This document shows positions 11,037 to 21,414 of a stretch of 64,000 nt of DNA, piece after piece. Every line of letters begins with the position of its first letter. The first letter of the stretch is position 1. The position numbers and the translations under genes were made by a program. The notes under the pieces are model-generated. The model had not been told where the DNA came from. It was given only the letters and a program-made list of their open reading frames with translations, and did no database searches. The DNA lies in NCBI GenBank assembly GCA_963796135.1, contig CAWCKK010000011.1:72140-136139 (forward strand), read 5' to 3'. Source of the DNA: an uncultured Acidobacteriota bacterium. Its GTDB lineage: Bacteria > Chlamydiota > Chlamydiia > Chlamydiales > Rhabdochlamydiaceae.

Positions 11037-14000
11037 TCAGAGCGCTGACAGGGTGCCAAAGCTTAAAAACCTTTTCAGACATCCTCAAAGAGGAGCCTTC
11101 CCTGTTGATGGAGGAGCTGTGGGGAGGGCCCAAAGCGCTTTGCATTGCGTTGATTGCAAAATCAACTCAAAAAAATGTGCTCATCATTAGCGCCTCTTCA
11201 GAGGATAGTCTGCTGGAGGACTGCAGTTTTTTTTCCGCAGACACAGCCTTAGACTTTCCCTCCTGGGATACTCTTCCCGGCGAGCAGATTGCCCCAAGTT
11301 GCGACCTCATCGGCAAGCGGCTAGAGGTTTTGCATGCAATCGCAAGCAATCCTTTACCCAAAATCGTCTTTGCTCCTTTGCAGGCGGTGTTGCAGAAGGT
11401 TGTCTCTCAAGAGGATTTGAAACTTCTTGCCCAGAGTTGGGAAAGAGGTGCAAGAGTGTCTTTTGCCGCTCTGCCAGAGCTTTTTTCAAAGTTAGGCTAT
11501 CGCAGATCCTCGGTTGTCTCTGACAAAGGGGAGTACGCTTTGCGCGGCGGGATCGTCGATATTTTTCCCCTTTCTGCACTCGACCCCTATCGTGTGGAGT
11601 TTTTTGGGGATGAGGTCGATCAAATACGCACCTTTGATCCGATCTCTCAAAAATCGATTGAAAAAGTGGAGCAGTTTTTTCTTTCCCCGGCATCTGAGAC
11701 GCTTTTCAAAGCTGGGTCCTCTTTGCTCGATTATTTGGGAGAAAATACGGTTGTTCTCTTCAACGACCTGCTTGCCATTGAGGATCGTTGGGTCAGCTTA
11801 AAGGATTTGCCCGGGGTTAAAACGCCTCTTTTTTTGACTTGGGAGCAGTTTTTAAAAAGGGCAGAGGCTTTGCCGAAAATCTTTTGGACAAAGACCAGGA
11901 TCCAGGAGCTCTCCTCCGTTCAGATCCAAGACAGGTTGGGCAGGAGTTTTTACAGTGGAAAAACTCCGCTACAGCCTATGAAGTTTCAAATCTTTGACCA
12001 GGCTTTTAACACCAAGCGCTACCTGCACCCGTTTATTCCCGTGAGGGACTTTTTCTCCCTTTCGGAAAACCAAGCCGCTTCCACTCAAGAAGAGATGCTG
12101 CGCGCGCTCAACCGCCATGCCAAATCAGAGCTTAGCGTGCACTTTGTTAGCTCAACTCAAGCAGAGCAAAACAGTTTAAATGAAGCACTCAAAAGCCATC
12201 AGATCTCCCTTCCAGCTCAGACACACTATCATCTTGGTCATCTATCCAGCGGTTTTGTGCTCGATCAGGCGGGAATTGCCTGTGTGCCGATGGCAGAGTT
12301 CAATCACAGAGTGGCTCTAAGGCGGCAAAAATGGCGCAACACCTACCACACCCCAGCCTCTGATTTTCACGAGCTCAACCCCGGGGATCTGGTCGTTCAC
12401 TTCCACCATGGGATATCTAAGTACTTAGGCGTTGAAAAACGCCCGAATCACCAGGGCATTCCAACGGAGTTTATGATTTTAGAGTACGCTGAAAACAGCA
12501 AACTCTTTGTCCCCGCCTCTCAGTCCCATCTGGTGACCCGCTACATCGGCGCTAAGGAGGAGGTGCCCACACTCAATCAGCTAGGTTCTAACCGCTGGTT
12601 AAAGACCCGCCATGCGGCACAGGTTGCCCTCGTCGGTTACGCAGATCAGCTCTTGCGGATGTATGCAGAGAGGGAGATTCAAGGCGGTTATCAATTTCCC
12701 GTCGACTCTTTAGACACCAAGCTTTTTGAATCCGACTTTCCATTTACAGAAACACAGGATCAGCTGAATGCTGTCTGCGCCATCAAAGAAGATATGCAAT
12801 CGCAAAAGGCAATGGATCGGCTCATCTGCGGGGATGTGGGGTATGGCAAAACTGAGGTGGCTATGAGGGCTGCTTTTAAAGCGGTTGTCGACGGAAAAAA
12901 ACAGGTCGCCGTCTTGGTTCCCACCACCGTCCTTGCTATGCAGCATTTTGAAACTTTTTGCCAGAGGATGGCTAACTTCCCCATCCGGATTGGCGTTGTT
13001 TCCCGATTTATCCCCAAGAGACAGATGAAGGAGACCCTGTTGAAAACAAAAGAGGGTCAGGTCGATATTTTGATCGGAACTCACCGCATTGTCAGCAAAG
13101 ATGTTAAATTCAAAGATTTAGGACTTTTAATCATCGATGAAGAACAGCGCTTTGGAGTCCGCGTCAAGGAGCACTTAAAGAGGATGAAAGTCGGGCTCGA
13201 CTGCATCACCTTGTCAGCCACCCCGATTCCGCGCACTCTTTACATGTCTCTGATTGGCGCCAAAGAGATTTCTGTCATCAACACTCCACCGCAAGATAGG
13301 CTTCCTATCAAGTCAGTGGTTGTGGAGCGGGATCTTCAACTGATCAAAAATGCCCTGCTGCGCGAGTTATCGCGCGATGGACAAGCGTATTTCATCCACA
13401 ATCGGGTGGATTCTATTTTTCAAGTCTCCGAGCAGATTCAACACATGCTCCCCGAAGCGCGTGTTGTCACCGGCCATGGGCAAATGTCGGCAGATGAGCT
13501 CGATGCCATCTTCCACTCTTTTAAAAGTGGGGAGGCGGACATTCTGGTTGCCACGACAATCATTGAAAATGGGATCGATATCCCCAACGCCAATACGATC
13601 CTCATCGATCGAGCCGATACCTTTGGCCTAGCTGATCTTTACCAGATGCGCGGCAGAGTCGGTCGATGGAACCGCCCCGCATACGCCTATTTCCTGATTC
13701 CGCAAGGCCGCCAGCTTCCCGAGCTCACCATTCGCAGGCTCCATGCCTTGACCGAGTCCTCCGGCTTTGGAGCCGGGATGAAAATTGCCATGCGCGATCT
13801 TGAGATCCGAGGAGCTGGCCCAATTTTAGGGACGCAGCAATCAGGCCAGGTGTCCTCAATTGGGTTTCATCTCTACTCCAAGATGCTCAAAAAAGCGATC
13901 GATTCCCTCAAACACAACAGGGCGCCTTCTTTTGCCGAGACGAAAATGGAGTTTTCTTTCGATGCGAGCTTGCCTGAGAGCTACATCAATGAAAGCGGAC

Positions 14001-14323
14001 TGCGCATGGAGATCTACCATCGCCTAGGCGAGGCGTCTACCTTTGAAGAGGTAGATGGAATTTTAGCTGAGCTCAAAGATCGTTTCGGCAACTGCCCTTC
14101 CCAGGTTCTGTGGCTCTACCACCTCACCCGCTTAAGGCTCTTTGCCTCTTCTCATCACTTCACCCTTGTCAAATTCGAAAACCTCACCTTCACAGCGGAA
14201 AAACAAACCGGTAAGATCCTGGTTAAAAAGACATTGCCCCTTCCCAAAACAAACCAGCCAGCTGTGATGGAAAAACAAGTGATCCAAGCCCTAAGCCAAG
14301 CTTTCGAACCTGGGTCGCCGTGA
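11015..14323 (+). CDS. mfd: Transcription-repair coupling factor
   Basis: UvrB-like N-terminus, RID domain, GDVGYGKT, DEEQRFGV, QMRGRVGR and TRCF C-terminus. Confidence 0.97.
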   Translation: MAQRQELIRALTGCQSLKTFSDILKEEPSLLMEELWGGPKALCIALIAKSTQKNVLIISASSEDSLLEDCSFFSADTALDFPSWDTLPGEQIAPSCDLIGKRLEVLHAIASNPLPKIVFAPLQAVLQKVVSQEDLKLLAQSWERGARVSFAALPELFSKLGYRRSSVVSDKGEYALRGGIVDIFPLSALDPYRVEFFGDEVDQIRTFDPISQKSIEKVEQFFLSPASETLFKAGSSLLDYLGENTVVLFNDLLAIEDRWVSLKDLPGVKTPLFLTWEQFLKRAEALPKIFWTKTRIQELSSVQIQDRLGRSFYSGKTPLQPMKFQIFDQAFNTKRYLHPFIPVRDFFSLSENQAASTQEEMLRALNRHAKSELSVHFVSSTQAEQNSLNEALKSHQISLPAQTHYHLGHLSSGFVLDQAGIACVPMAEFNHRVALRRQKWRNTYHTPASDFHELNPGDLVVHFHHGISKYLGVEKRPNHQGIPTEFMILEYAENSKLFVPASQSHLVTRYIGAKEEVPTLNQLGSNRWLKTRHAAQVALVGYADQLLRMYAEREIQGGYQFPVDSLDTKLFESDFPFTETQDQLNAVCAIKEDMQSQKAMDRLICGDVGYGKTEVAMRAAFKAVVDGKKQVAVLVPTTVLAMQHFETFCQRMANFPIRIGVVSRFIPKRQMKETLLKTKEGQVDILIGTHRIVSKDVKFKDLGLLIIDEEQRFGVRVKEHLKRMKVGLDCITLSATPIPRTLYMSLIGAKEISVINTPPQDRLPIKSVVVERDLQLIKNALLRELSRDGQAYFIHNRVDSIFQVSEQIQHMLPEARVVTGHGQMSADELDAIFHSFKSGEADILVATTIIENGIDIPNANTILIDRADTFGLADLYQMRGRVGRWNRPAYAYFLIPQGRQLPELTIRRLHALTESSGFGAGMKIAMRDLEIRGAGPILGTQQSGQVSSIGFHLYSKMLKKAIDSLKHNRAPSFAETKMEFSFDASLPESYINESGLRMEIYHRLGEASTFEEVDGILAELKDRFGNCPSQVLWLYHLTRLRLFASSHHFTLVKFENLTFTAEKQTGKILVKKTLPLPKTNQPAVMEKQVIQALSQAFEPGSP

Positions 14324-14355
14324 TTAGAAAGTGGACTTGTGTGTAAGGATCAGGA

Positions 14356-14403
14356 TATACCCCGAGCGGTCAAAAACTTCGAATTTAGGCCTCTCGGGGT
14401 ATA
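14356..14403. terminator. Hairpin between convergent mfd and the F-box gene (11-bp perfect outer stem)
   Basis: TATACCCCGAG ... CTCGGGGTATA with a partly pairing interior. Confidence 0.55.
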
Positions 14404-14413
14404 AGTTAAAGCT

Positions 14414-14941
14414 TTACTTCTTCATCTGGTTCAGTTCGCTCAGTTTTTTTCTAAGAGCTTCCAAGAATGGAGAGTATTTTGCATAGAGTTTGTTTTTATC
14501 CGCCTCCTCCGTTACAAGCTCTAGAAAGTCTTGATTAGCTTCTCGAAGTTCCTCTCCTGCGTTTAAGTACGACAATCGGACTGCATTGTGACCATTACGG
14601 TCATAATAATCTATGATCCCGTTTCCAACAAGATAGAGTGGCCTGGGGGTTAACTGGCATAACGTCTTGAAAATCTGGCCTTGTTTAGATTGCGATTTAC
14701 TAAAAGCTTTCTTAGCCCTAGCAACCAGTCCGTCATCTCCATTCAAAGCTTTAAGTCTCTCTTGAAGTGGTTTTATCTTCGGCATTAAATAATGCAATTC
14801 CATGTTTAAAAAATATTTCCAGTCTCGCATTGTTGAGAGTTTTTTATTGACTTGAGACAACGATACGACATCTTTAGTTTCTAGATGTGAACAAATGGTT
14901 TCAATGCAATTTTTTGGAAGGGTGTCTAAATTAAAGGACAT
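14414..14941 (-). CDS. F-box-like protein, putative host-directed effector
   Basis: N-terminal LDTLPKNCIETICSHLETKDVVSLSQVNKKL fits the F-box pattern; AT-rich gene with a GGAG RBS. Confidence 0.65.
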   Translation of the reverse strand: MSFNLDTLPKNCIETICSHLETKDVVSLSQVNKKLSTMRDWKYFLNMELHYLMPKIKPLQERLKALNGDDGLVARAKKAFSKSQSKQGQIFKTLCQLTPRPLYLVGNGIIDYYDRNGHNAVRLSYLNAGEELREANQDFLELVTEEADKNKLYAKYSPFLEALRKKLSELNQMKK

Positions 14942-15118
14942 TTTTCTCTCCGTTTTAATATTTTTTTAAATAAATAATCTAGTGTAACACCTTCATATTT
15001 AATATACTCGTTAATGATATCAAAGTTATTATATTTTCTCATTAAAAAGATTATATTATGTGGATAAAATTCATAAATGACTAAGATCCAGCTAGCTAGT
15101 GATGCTGAAAAAAAATGA

Positions 15119-15799
15119 CTAATGCGGGCGCCTTAAGAGTGTCGGATGTAGTGCCTCCTTGAGGCGCTCGTTGAAGACGTAGCCGAGTTTTTTTAGCTTG
15201 ACGGCGTTCGGGTCGCAAGTATCTGGACAAAACGCGGTGTCTTTGCTCCCAAACCCAATGATCATCAAGTGCAGATCGGGGATGGCAAAGAGATCTTCCC
15301 AAGGAATGGGGAGGGAAGGGGCGATGTAAAGAGCGCTTCCTGCATTTAGGGGAAGGGGGAATAAAGAGAGCGCTGCCATGAGGTCGTTAAGCATCAGGAT
15401 CACAGCTCCTGCCAGAGGATGTAAACAGCTGGTTTTTCCTAAGGGCAAGGCATCGAGAAATGGGGGTTTTCCCCTTTGGGTTGTGTAGATGTACTGATCG
15501 AAGGCGTAGCGCAGCGGCAGGACCTCAAAGAGCTCAGCGGCAATGGTTGCAAAGCTGTTTTTCTGTGTGACTTTTTTGACTTCAGGGCTATCGCGCCAAA
15601 GGTCGTAACCTGCTTGAAACAGCTGCTCTTGCGGTAGCTGTCCCAGTTTTTGAGCGGGCACCCGCAGCTTTTTGCTCAAAGCGCTATCCGCACTGTTTCT
15701 GAGAGCTGCCACCGCCTCGCAGGACAACATTTCCTCAAATTCAATATAGTGATTTTTATTTAAAAAATCACGGTGTTCGGTCGTCACAGCAAATCGCAT
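15119..15799 (-). CDS. Chlamydial conserved protein, CT296/DcrA-like (2OG-Fe oxygenase-like fold)
   Basis: N-terminus (EHRDFLNKNHYIEFEEML) resembles recalled CT296, and the position next to rnc-radA-hemC matches. Confidence 0.55.
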   Translation of the reverse strand: MRFAVTTEHRDFLNKNHYIEFEEMLSCEAVAALRNSADSALSKKLRVPAQKLGQLPQEQLFQAGYDLWRDSPEVKKVTQKNSFATIAAELFEVLPLRYAFDQYIYTTQRGKPPFLDALPLGKTSCLHPLAGAVILMLNDLMAALSLFPLPLNAGSALYIAPSLPIPWEDLFAIPDLHLMIIGFGSKDTAFCPDTCDPNAVKLKKLGYVFNERLKEALHPTLLRRPH

Positions 15800-15912
15800 A
15801 TGGGAGGTGAGTATGGATAAGGGAGATCAATAAAGTAAAGAAAGATCGGTATAGATTTCAAAAAGAAGAACTCCTAAACTACCTATAAACTAAGGGCGAG
15901 TCGAATGCTTTC

Positions 15913-17151
15913 ATGAGTGATGAACTGGCAGAAATAAAGTCTAAAGATTGCTTTAAGACAAAGATGGTTTTGCTTTGGATGAATCTGTCTAGTGAGCCTT
16001 TGATTGCCATTTATAGCATGATCCCTTTCATTTTACGCAAAGAGATTGGAGCGACGACCTCCCAAATCGTGCTTTTTTCCACGCTTAGCCCAGTCCTTTC
16101 TGTCTTGTCGTTTTATTGGGGAGCCTGGCTAAAGGATCGCAAAAATAAATTACTCCCGAACCTAATTTGCGCCTGGGTATTGGCCCGCATCCCCTTTCTT
16201 TTTTTTCCTTATATCGACAGCTTTCTTTCCATGTTTATTTGCTGCAGCATCTACCAGCTGTTCAGCAGGGCCTCTACGCCGGCTTTGATGGAAATTCTCA
16301 AGAAAAACATCACTAAAACCACGAGGGAATACGTCTTTTCCCTCTACTATGGTTTAAGCGTGATCGAAGGGGTGGTGATTGGGTTACTTCTCATGGAGAT
16401 TTTGGAATTTTCCAATAATAATTGGAGGATCATCTTTCTGATTTGCTCTCTCCTTAGCCTCTCTAGCGTGTTTTTTCAGCTTAGGATCAAGATGGCCAAA
16501 GAAGATAGCCACGCCCTTTTACAGAGCAAGAAAAATTTTATCTTGCATCCGATCAAAGAGAGCTTTCAGCTGATGCGGACACGACGGGATTTTGCCATTT
16601 TTCAATGGGGGTTTATGATCGGCGGCTTTGCGCTGATGCTCATTGCTCCTGTGCGCTCCATTTATATCGCCGATGTCTTGCCCGTGTCGATTTCCGATGT
16701 GGCCCTGGCAAGGTGTGTGTTTGTCGGCCTTGGCATTGCCTGCTCTTCTTTAGTTTGGAGAAAAGCGTTAGAGATCTTTGGAATCGATCGTTTGATCGTT
16801 TGGATTTTAATGGGTTTTGGTTTGTTTCCTTTGATTTTATTGCTGGCATCGACCCATCTGGCGTGGTTTTATTTTGCTCATTTAGTGTATGGTGTTACCC
16901 AGGGGGGGAGTCATTTGATTTGGCATCTTTCCGGAACCATCTACGCAGGGGAAGACAGCAGCACTCCTTTTACCACAGTGAACGTTTTGATGATTGGAAT
17001 CCGGGGGGCGGTCGGGCCTGTTTTAGGGGGATTTCTCTGTAGCTATTTGGGGCCGATGCCGGTTTTATTTTTGGGGTCGAGCATAGCCCTTTTCGGGGCA
17101 TGGTGGATGCACCGCTGGAAGAGTCTGTCGTCTCAAGAGGTCATTTCTTAA
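15913..17151 (+). CDS. MFS transporter
   Basis: 412 aa with ~12 hydrophobic segments in two halves. Confidence 0.75.
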   Translation: MSDELAEIKSKDCFKTKMVLLWMNLSSEPLIAIYSMIPFILRKEIGATTSQIVLFSTLSPVLSVLSFYWGAWLKDRKNKLLPNLICAWVLARIPFLFFPYIDSFLSMFICCSIYQLFSRASTPALMEILKKNITKTTREYVFSLYYGLSVIEGVVIGLLLMEILEFSNNNWRIIFLICSLLSLSSVFFQLRIKMAKEDSHALLQSKKNFILHPIKESFQLMRTRRDFAIFQWGFMIGGFALMLIAPVRSIYIADVLPVSISDVALARCVFVGLGIACSSLVWRKALEIFGIDRLIVWILMGFGLFPLILLLASTHLAWFYFAHLVYGVTQGGSHLIWHLSGTIYAGEDSSTPFTTVNVLMIGIRGAVGPVLGGFLCSYLGPMPVLFLGSSIALFGAWWMHRWKSLSSQEVIS

Positions 17152-17166
17152 ATTTGGAGATGTTAA

Positions 17167-17886
17167 ATGAATCCTATAGAAGAGCTCTTAGCCAGAGCTT
17201 TTATGATTGAAGAAAAGCTCAATTACTCCTTCCGCAATAAGCGCCTTCTTTTGCTGGCCTTTGTCCACCGCTCCTTTTTCAACGAGCATCGCGATTGGAT
17301 AGAGGAGCACAATGAAAGGCTGGAGTTTCTCGGCGATTCTGTATTAGGCCTTATTATTTCAAAATATCTCTATCTGAATTTGCCGCTGGAGCCGGAAGGC
17401 TATCTTTCCCATTTGCGCTCTCACATCGTAGAAGCCGGTAGTTGCGCCCAACTGCTTTCCCATTTGGATATCGCCTCCTACGTTTTGCTTGGAAAAGGGG
17501 AGAGGATGAATGGGGGCAGGGGCAGAGAGACGATTTTAGCCGATCTTTTCGAAGCCCTTATCGGGGCGGTTTATCTCGACGGGGGAATTGACGCTGCGGA
17601 GAGGTTTTTTTTAGGCCATTTCTCGGAAAAATTGAAGGAATACCTAAAAAAGCCTTTGAGGAATTGGAAAGCGGAATTGCAAGATTACTCACAAAAAAAA
17701 TATCAAAAACCTCCCCTCTATAAAATTCTTAAGGAATCAGGGCCAGATCACAGCAAAGTGTTTCAAATCACAGCGTCTATTGATCAGTTAGATATTGGGG
17801 AGGGGAGGGGCTCTTCAAAAAAGGAAGCAGAGCAGGCTGCAGCTGAAGATGCTCTCAAGAAGCTCGGGGTCTTGCAGAATGCCTAA
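17167..17886 (+). CDS. rnc: Ribonuclease III
   Basis: HNERLEFLGDSVL signature plus C-terminal dsRBD. Confidence 0.97.
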   Translation: MNPIEELLARAFMIEEKLNYSFRNKRLLLLAFVHRSFFNEHRDWIEEHNERLEFLGDSVLGLIISKYLYLNLPLEPEGYLSHLRSHIVEAGSCAQLLSHLDIASYVLLGKGERMNGGRGRETILADLFEALIGAVYLDGGIDAAERFFLGHFSEKLKEYLKKPLRNWKAELQDYSQKKYQKPPLYKILKESGPDHSKVFQITASIDQLDIGEGRGSSKKEAEQAAAEDALKKLGVLQNA

Positions 17887-19249
17887 GGAAAAGATCCTCT
17901 GGAATTGCATTGAGTGCGGTCATCAACAGATGAAGTGGACAGGCAGCTGCGCTATGTGCCAAAAGTGGAACACTTTCGAGCAAGAAGTCGAGGTTCAAGA
18001 CAAGGGCAAGCGCTTTGAGTCCTTGCGGAACGAAAGTCCAAAGCCGATGCGAGTCAAAGAGGTCTTAACGACAGAGTTTCCTCGGTTAGGGACGAAGATG
18101 CCCGAATTCGACAGGCTTTTAGGCGGTGGAATTGTTTCAGGATCGCTGACCTTAATCGGAGGGGATCCTGGGATTGGCAAGTCTACGCTGATGATGCAAC
18201 TGGCGCAAAACTTAGCAGAACAGGGAGAGACGGTTCTTTATGTCTGTGGAGAGGAGTCTGTCGAGCAGACTTCCCTCAGGGCTAGGCGATTAGGCGTTGC
18301 CGACGATCGCTTGTACTTGCTTAGCGACACGCTGTTTTCCAACATCAAGGCGCAAATCGACAAGCTCAAGCCCAATGCCGTGATCGTCGATTCGATTCAG
18401 ATCCTCTACAAATCTGAGCTGTCCTCTGCACCCGGATCGGTGAGTCAAGTGAGGGAGCTTGCCACAGAGTTTATGCATATTGCCAAGGGGATGGGGATTG
18501 CCACGTTCCTCATCGGCCATGTGACAAAATCAGGGGAGATTGCAGGCCCGAAGGTCTTGGAGCACATCGTGGATACGGTGCTCGACTTTGAAGGGGATAG
18601 GCAGCATGGTTATCGCTTGCTGCGCTCTGTGAAAAATCGGTTTGGACCAACCGATGATATTGCCCTTTTTCAGATGAGTGCCGCGGGACTATCGGAGGTG
18701 AGCAACCCTTCTGTCATCTTTTTAGAGGAAAGACTTAAGGAGCTTCCCGGTTCTGTCATCATCCCGACAGTCGAAGGCTCCAGAGCTCTTCTGATCGAGG
18801 TGCAAGCCCTTGTCGCAGCGTCGGCTTTTTCGACATCGACCCGCAAGTCGACAGGTCTAGATCAAAATCGGCTCTCTTTGCTTCTTGCTGTGTTGGAAAA
18901 AAAAATGGGCTACCAACTCCACCATTGCGATGTTTTTGTTTCTGTCGCAGGAGGTCTTAAAATTTTTGAGCCTGCAGTGGACTTAGGTATCCTGATGTCG
19001 ATCGCTTCCTCTTTTTGCAACCGTCCGATCGACGCACAGACAGCTGTGGTCGGAGAAGTGGGTCTTGGGGGAGAGGTGCGCGGGGTTCCTCGGATTGAAA
19101 ATCGGATCCGCGAGGCCATCCACATGGGATTTGGCCGCTGCGTGCTCCCTAAGCGCAATCTAAAAGGGTTAGCTTCCGATCTATCGAGTAAAATTGCTCT
19201 CATAGGCGTCGATGTCGTTGAAGAGGCTGTGCGTGCATTGCTCAATTAA
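17879..19249 (+). CDS. radA: DNA repair protein RadA/Sms
   Basis: CxxC..CxxC zinc finger, GDPGIGKST, KNRFG and Lon-like C-terminus; start at MPKEK. Confidence 0.97.
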   Translation: MPKEKILWNCIECGHQQMKWTGSCAMCQKWNTFEQEVEVQDKGKRFESLRNESPKPMRVKEVLTTEFPRLGTKMPEFDRLLGGGIVSGSLTLIGGDPGIGKSTLMMQLAQNLAEQGETVLYVCGEESVEQTSLRARRLGVADDRLYLLSDTLFSNIKAQIDKLKPNAVIVDSIQILYKSELSSAPGSVSQVRELATEFMHIAKGMGIATFLIGHVTKSGEIAGPKVLEHIVDTVLDFEGDRQHGYRLLRSVKNRFGPTDDIALFQMSAAGLSEVSNPSVIFLEERLKELPGSVIIPTVEGSRALLIEVQALVAASAFSTSTRKSTGLDQNRLSLLLAVLEKKMGYQLHHCDVFVSVAGGLKIFEPAVDLGILMSIASSFCNRPIDAQTAVVGEVGLGGEVRGVPRIENRIREAIHMGFGRCVLPKRNLKGLASDLSSKIALIGVDVVEEAVRALLN

Positions 19250-19904
19250 CACCTTCTTAGTTGGAGCCAGGGGATCTGCCCTTTCGCGCGCCCAGGTCCA
19301 AGAGGTGTTGGAAGAGTTGCGCCTCTACCGCAGCGATATCGCATTCCAACCGATTTGGGTAGAGACCAAAGGGGATAAAGACCTGGCCACTTCCTTGCGC
19401 GACTTGGACAAAACCAACTTTTTTACTCAAGAGATCGATGCGCTTCAATTGAGAGGGGAGTGCCGCATTAGCGTCCATTCTGCCAAAGATCTCCCCGACC
19501 CTCTGGCAAGCGGTCTTGAGCTCATCGCCCTGACAAAAGGGGTAGACCCCTCCGATTCTCTTGTGCTCCGGCAGGGTTTTTCCCTTCAGGATCTGCCTTA
19601 TGGGGCAAAAGTGGGCACCTCTAGCAGGCGCAGGGAGCAAAGCATCAAAGAGCTGCGCTCCGATTTGATCTGCACTGATATCCGCGGCGATGTCTGTAAG
19701 CGCCTCTGTTTGCTGGATCAAGGGGCCATCGATGCCCTTGTCGTGGCGGAGGCGGCCCTCATCCGCCTTGGGTTAGAAAAACGCAACCGGATCCTTTTAA
19801 AAGGAGAAGGAGCCCCTCTGCAAGGGCAGCTTGCTGTTGTTGCGCTAAAGGGGGATGAAGAGGTAAAAAGGATTTTTGAGTGCATGGATATAAGGAGAAG
19901 ATGA
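19212..19904 (+). CDS. hemC: Hydroxymethylbilane synthase (short chlamydial form)
   Basis: GARGSALS, VHSAKDLP, GTSSRRR, IRGDV and QGQLA motifs. Confidence 0.88.
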   Translation: MSLKRLCVHCSINTFLVGARGSALSRAQVQEVLEELRLYRSDIAFQPIWVETKGDKDLATSLRDLDKTNFFTQEIDALQLRGECRISVHSAKDLPDPLASGLELIALTKGVDPSDSLVLRQGFSLQDLPYGAKVGTSSRRREQSIKELRSDLICTDIRGDVCKRLCLLDQGAIDALVVAEAALIRLGLEKRNRILLKGEGAPLQGQLAVVALKGDEEVKRIFECMDIRRR

Positions 19905-20575
19905 AAACGACGCTTTACTTAGGAACCGACCCTTCTGAGTTTGCAGCTAAAGAGAGTGAGCCTTTTCACCTCATCCATTATCCGTTGATCAAGGTTGTCC
20001 AAAAAGAGCTGTCTTGCCCTGAAGTCAAGCAAGCTTTCGACGACATAGAAGGATACACCCATTTGATTTTCACAAGCAAAAATGCGGTGGCTATTTTTAT
20101 GGATCACTTGGCTACTTTAGAGATCCCCGTGCATCGATTAGGCACAAAGAATGTGATTGCTGTTGGGCAGGTCACCGCAGCGCATCTGCACGCAAGGGGC
20201 TTGCCGGCCCAGCACACTGCCAAAGAAGAAACCCAAGAAGGGGTTGTCCAATTGTTGCAGGGATTGGATCTTGAAAATGCCTACCTGTTCATGCCCCGCT
20301 CCTCTTTATCTAGACCTGTCATTGTCAATTATCTCCAAGAGTGTCAGATCCGCTACCAAGCCTGCGACATCTACGACACTCTAGTGCAGAGGATCGAGCC
20401 TAAACCGGATTTAAGCCAAATCGATGAGATTGTGTTTACAAGCCCTTCCACTGTGAGGGCATTTATCGAGATTTTTGGGCAGCTGCCTAAAGAGAAAAAG
20501 TGTGTTCCAATTGGCCCTGTGACGGAGAAGTTATTGTTTTTTGGCAGCGCTGAAATACCTTTGGGATCTGGCTAA
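19901..20575 (+). CDS. hemD: Uroporphyrinogen-III synthase
   Basis: IFTSKNAV, AVGQVTA, FTSPSTV and IGPVT motifs; ATGA overlap with hemC. Confidence 0.88.
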   Translation: MKTTLYLGTDPSEFAAKESEPFHLIHYPLIKVVQKELSCPEVKQAFDDIEGYTHLIFTSKNAVAIFMDHLATLEIPVHRLGTKNVIAVGQVTAAHLHARGLPAQHTAKEETQEGVVQLLQGLDLENAYLFMPRSSLSRPVIVNYLQECQIRYQACDIYDTLVQRIEPKPDLSQIDEIVFTSPSTVRAFIEIFGQLPKEKKCVPIGPVTEKLLFFGSAEIPLGSG

Positions 20576-21185
20576 TTGTCAGCCCTAGCGTATTATGCAC
20601 CATGTGCGCTGCTATGGCGGCTAGGAGCCCAAAGTGAACAGACAAAAATCCGTAAATGACGCCGCCTTTGAAGGCATTATAAGCTTGAATGTGAGTGTTT
20701 TTATGTTTATTGGTTAGATGGGCCAGCCCAAAGAGAACAGCTGTGAAGAAAATCGATGCGCAGCACGCGATGGTTAAACTAGTTCCTAAGCAAAGAGCGG
20801 ATGCCGCTGGGATAAGCCATAGGATGGCCCGAGTCCCGAGCGGCTGGATGCCCCCTCTGAAAATCACCTCTTCAATCAAAGGTCCTGTCAACGTCATTTG
20901 GAGCATTTCTGTATGCGAGTACTGCTTGTTTTCGGCTTCTTCATCTTCGACAAATAATTGAAAACAGCGCGAGGCAACCAAAACTACAATGGTTGCGACA
21001 AAACTGCCAGCCCCAGCTAGAATGCCAATAGGAACACTAGAGGGAAATACAAGAGCCCCAAAGGCTAATACCGCCACCGTCGGCGGGAGGAAAGAGCAAT
21101 TGGGAGGTGGGTTTTGGCTCTTAACCGCTAAGCCGGTTTTTGCATCCATAGGAAGAGGAGACTGCATGAAGGGTGAAATGTTCAT
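20487..21185 (-). CDS. CPBP (CAAX/Abi) family intramembrane glutamic endopeptidase
   Basis: EEVIFRG, FGLAH and AAHMVHN motifs with TM segments. Confidence 0.85.
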   Translation of the reverse strand: MNISPFMQSPLPMDAKTGLAVKSQNPPPNCSFLPPTVAVLAFGALVFPSSVPIGILAGAGSFVATIVVLVASRCFQLFVEDEEAENKQYSHTEMLQMTLTGPLIEEVIFRGGIQPLGTRAILWLIPAASALCLGTSLTIACCASIFFTAVLFGLAHLTNKHKNTHIQAYNAFKGGVIYGFLSVHFGLLAAIAAHMVHNTLGLTISQIPKVFQRCQKTITSPSQGQLEHTFSL

Positions 21186-21323
21186 AAGAGGTGAAGACCT
21201 ATAAGGTTTTTGATGGCCAAAGGCGAATTTGGTTTTCCAACAATGATTATCATATGGAATGTTATTTTTCCAGAAAAATTAAGGATCGCATAAAAGCAGA
21301 GCATCTTCTATGATACCCGATGC

Positions 21324-21377
21324 CTCGACTTTAGTCATTGGAGGGACCTGGACCTAAGCCATGGCTACAAGTCCAGG
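21324..21377. repeat. Palindromic repeat family, degenerate left arm plus internally deleted copy
   Basis: CTCGACTTTAGTCATTGGAGGGA followed by CCTGGACCTAAGCCATGGCTACAAGTCCAGG. Confidence 0.65.
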
Positions 21378-21414
21378 ATGCATGCTCAATTATAAAGTAA
21401 GGAGTTTTAACCCC

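Noticed and set aside
20487-20575. 89-nt convergent overlap of hemD and the CPBP protease; CPBP as an abortive-infection system
   Set aside because: The overlap involves non-conserved tails and may reflect an indel; CPBP proteins are common membrane proteases and there is no defence context
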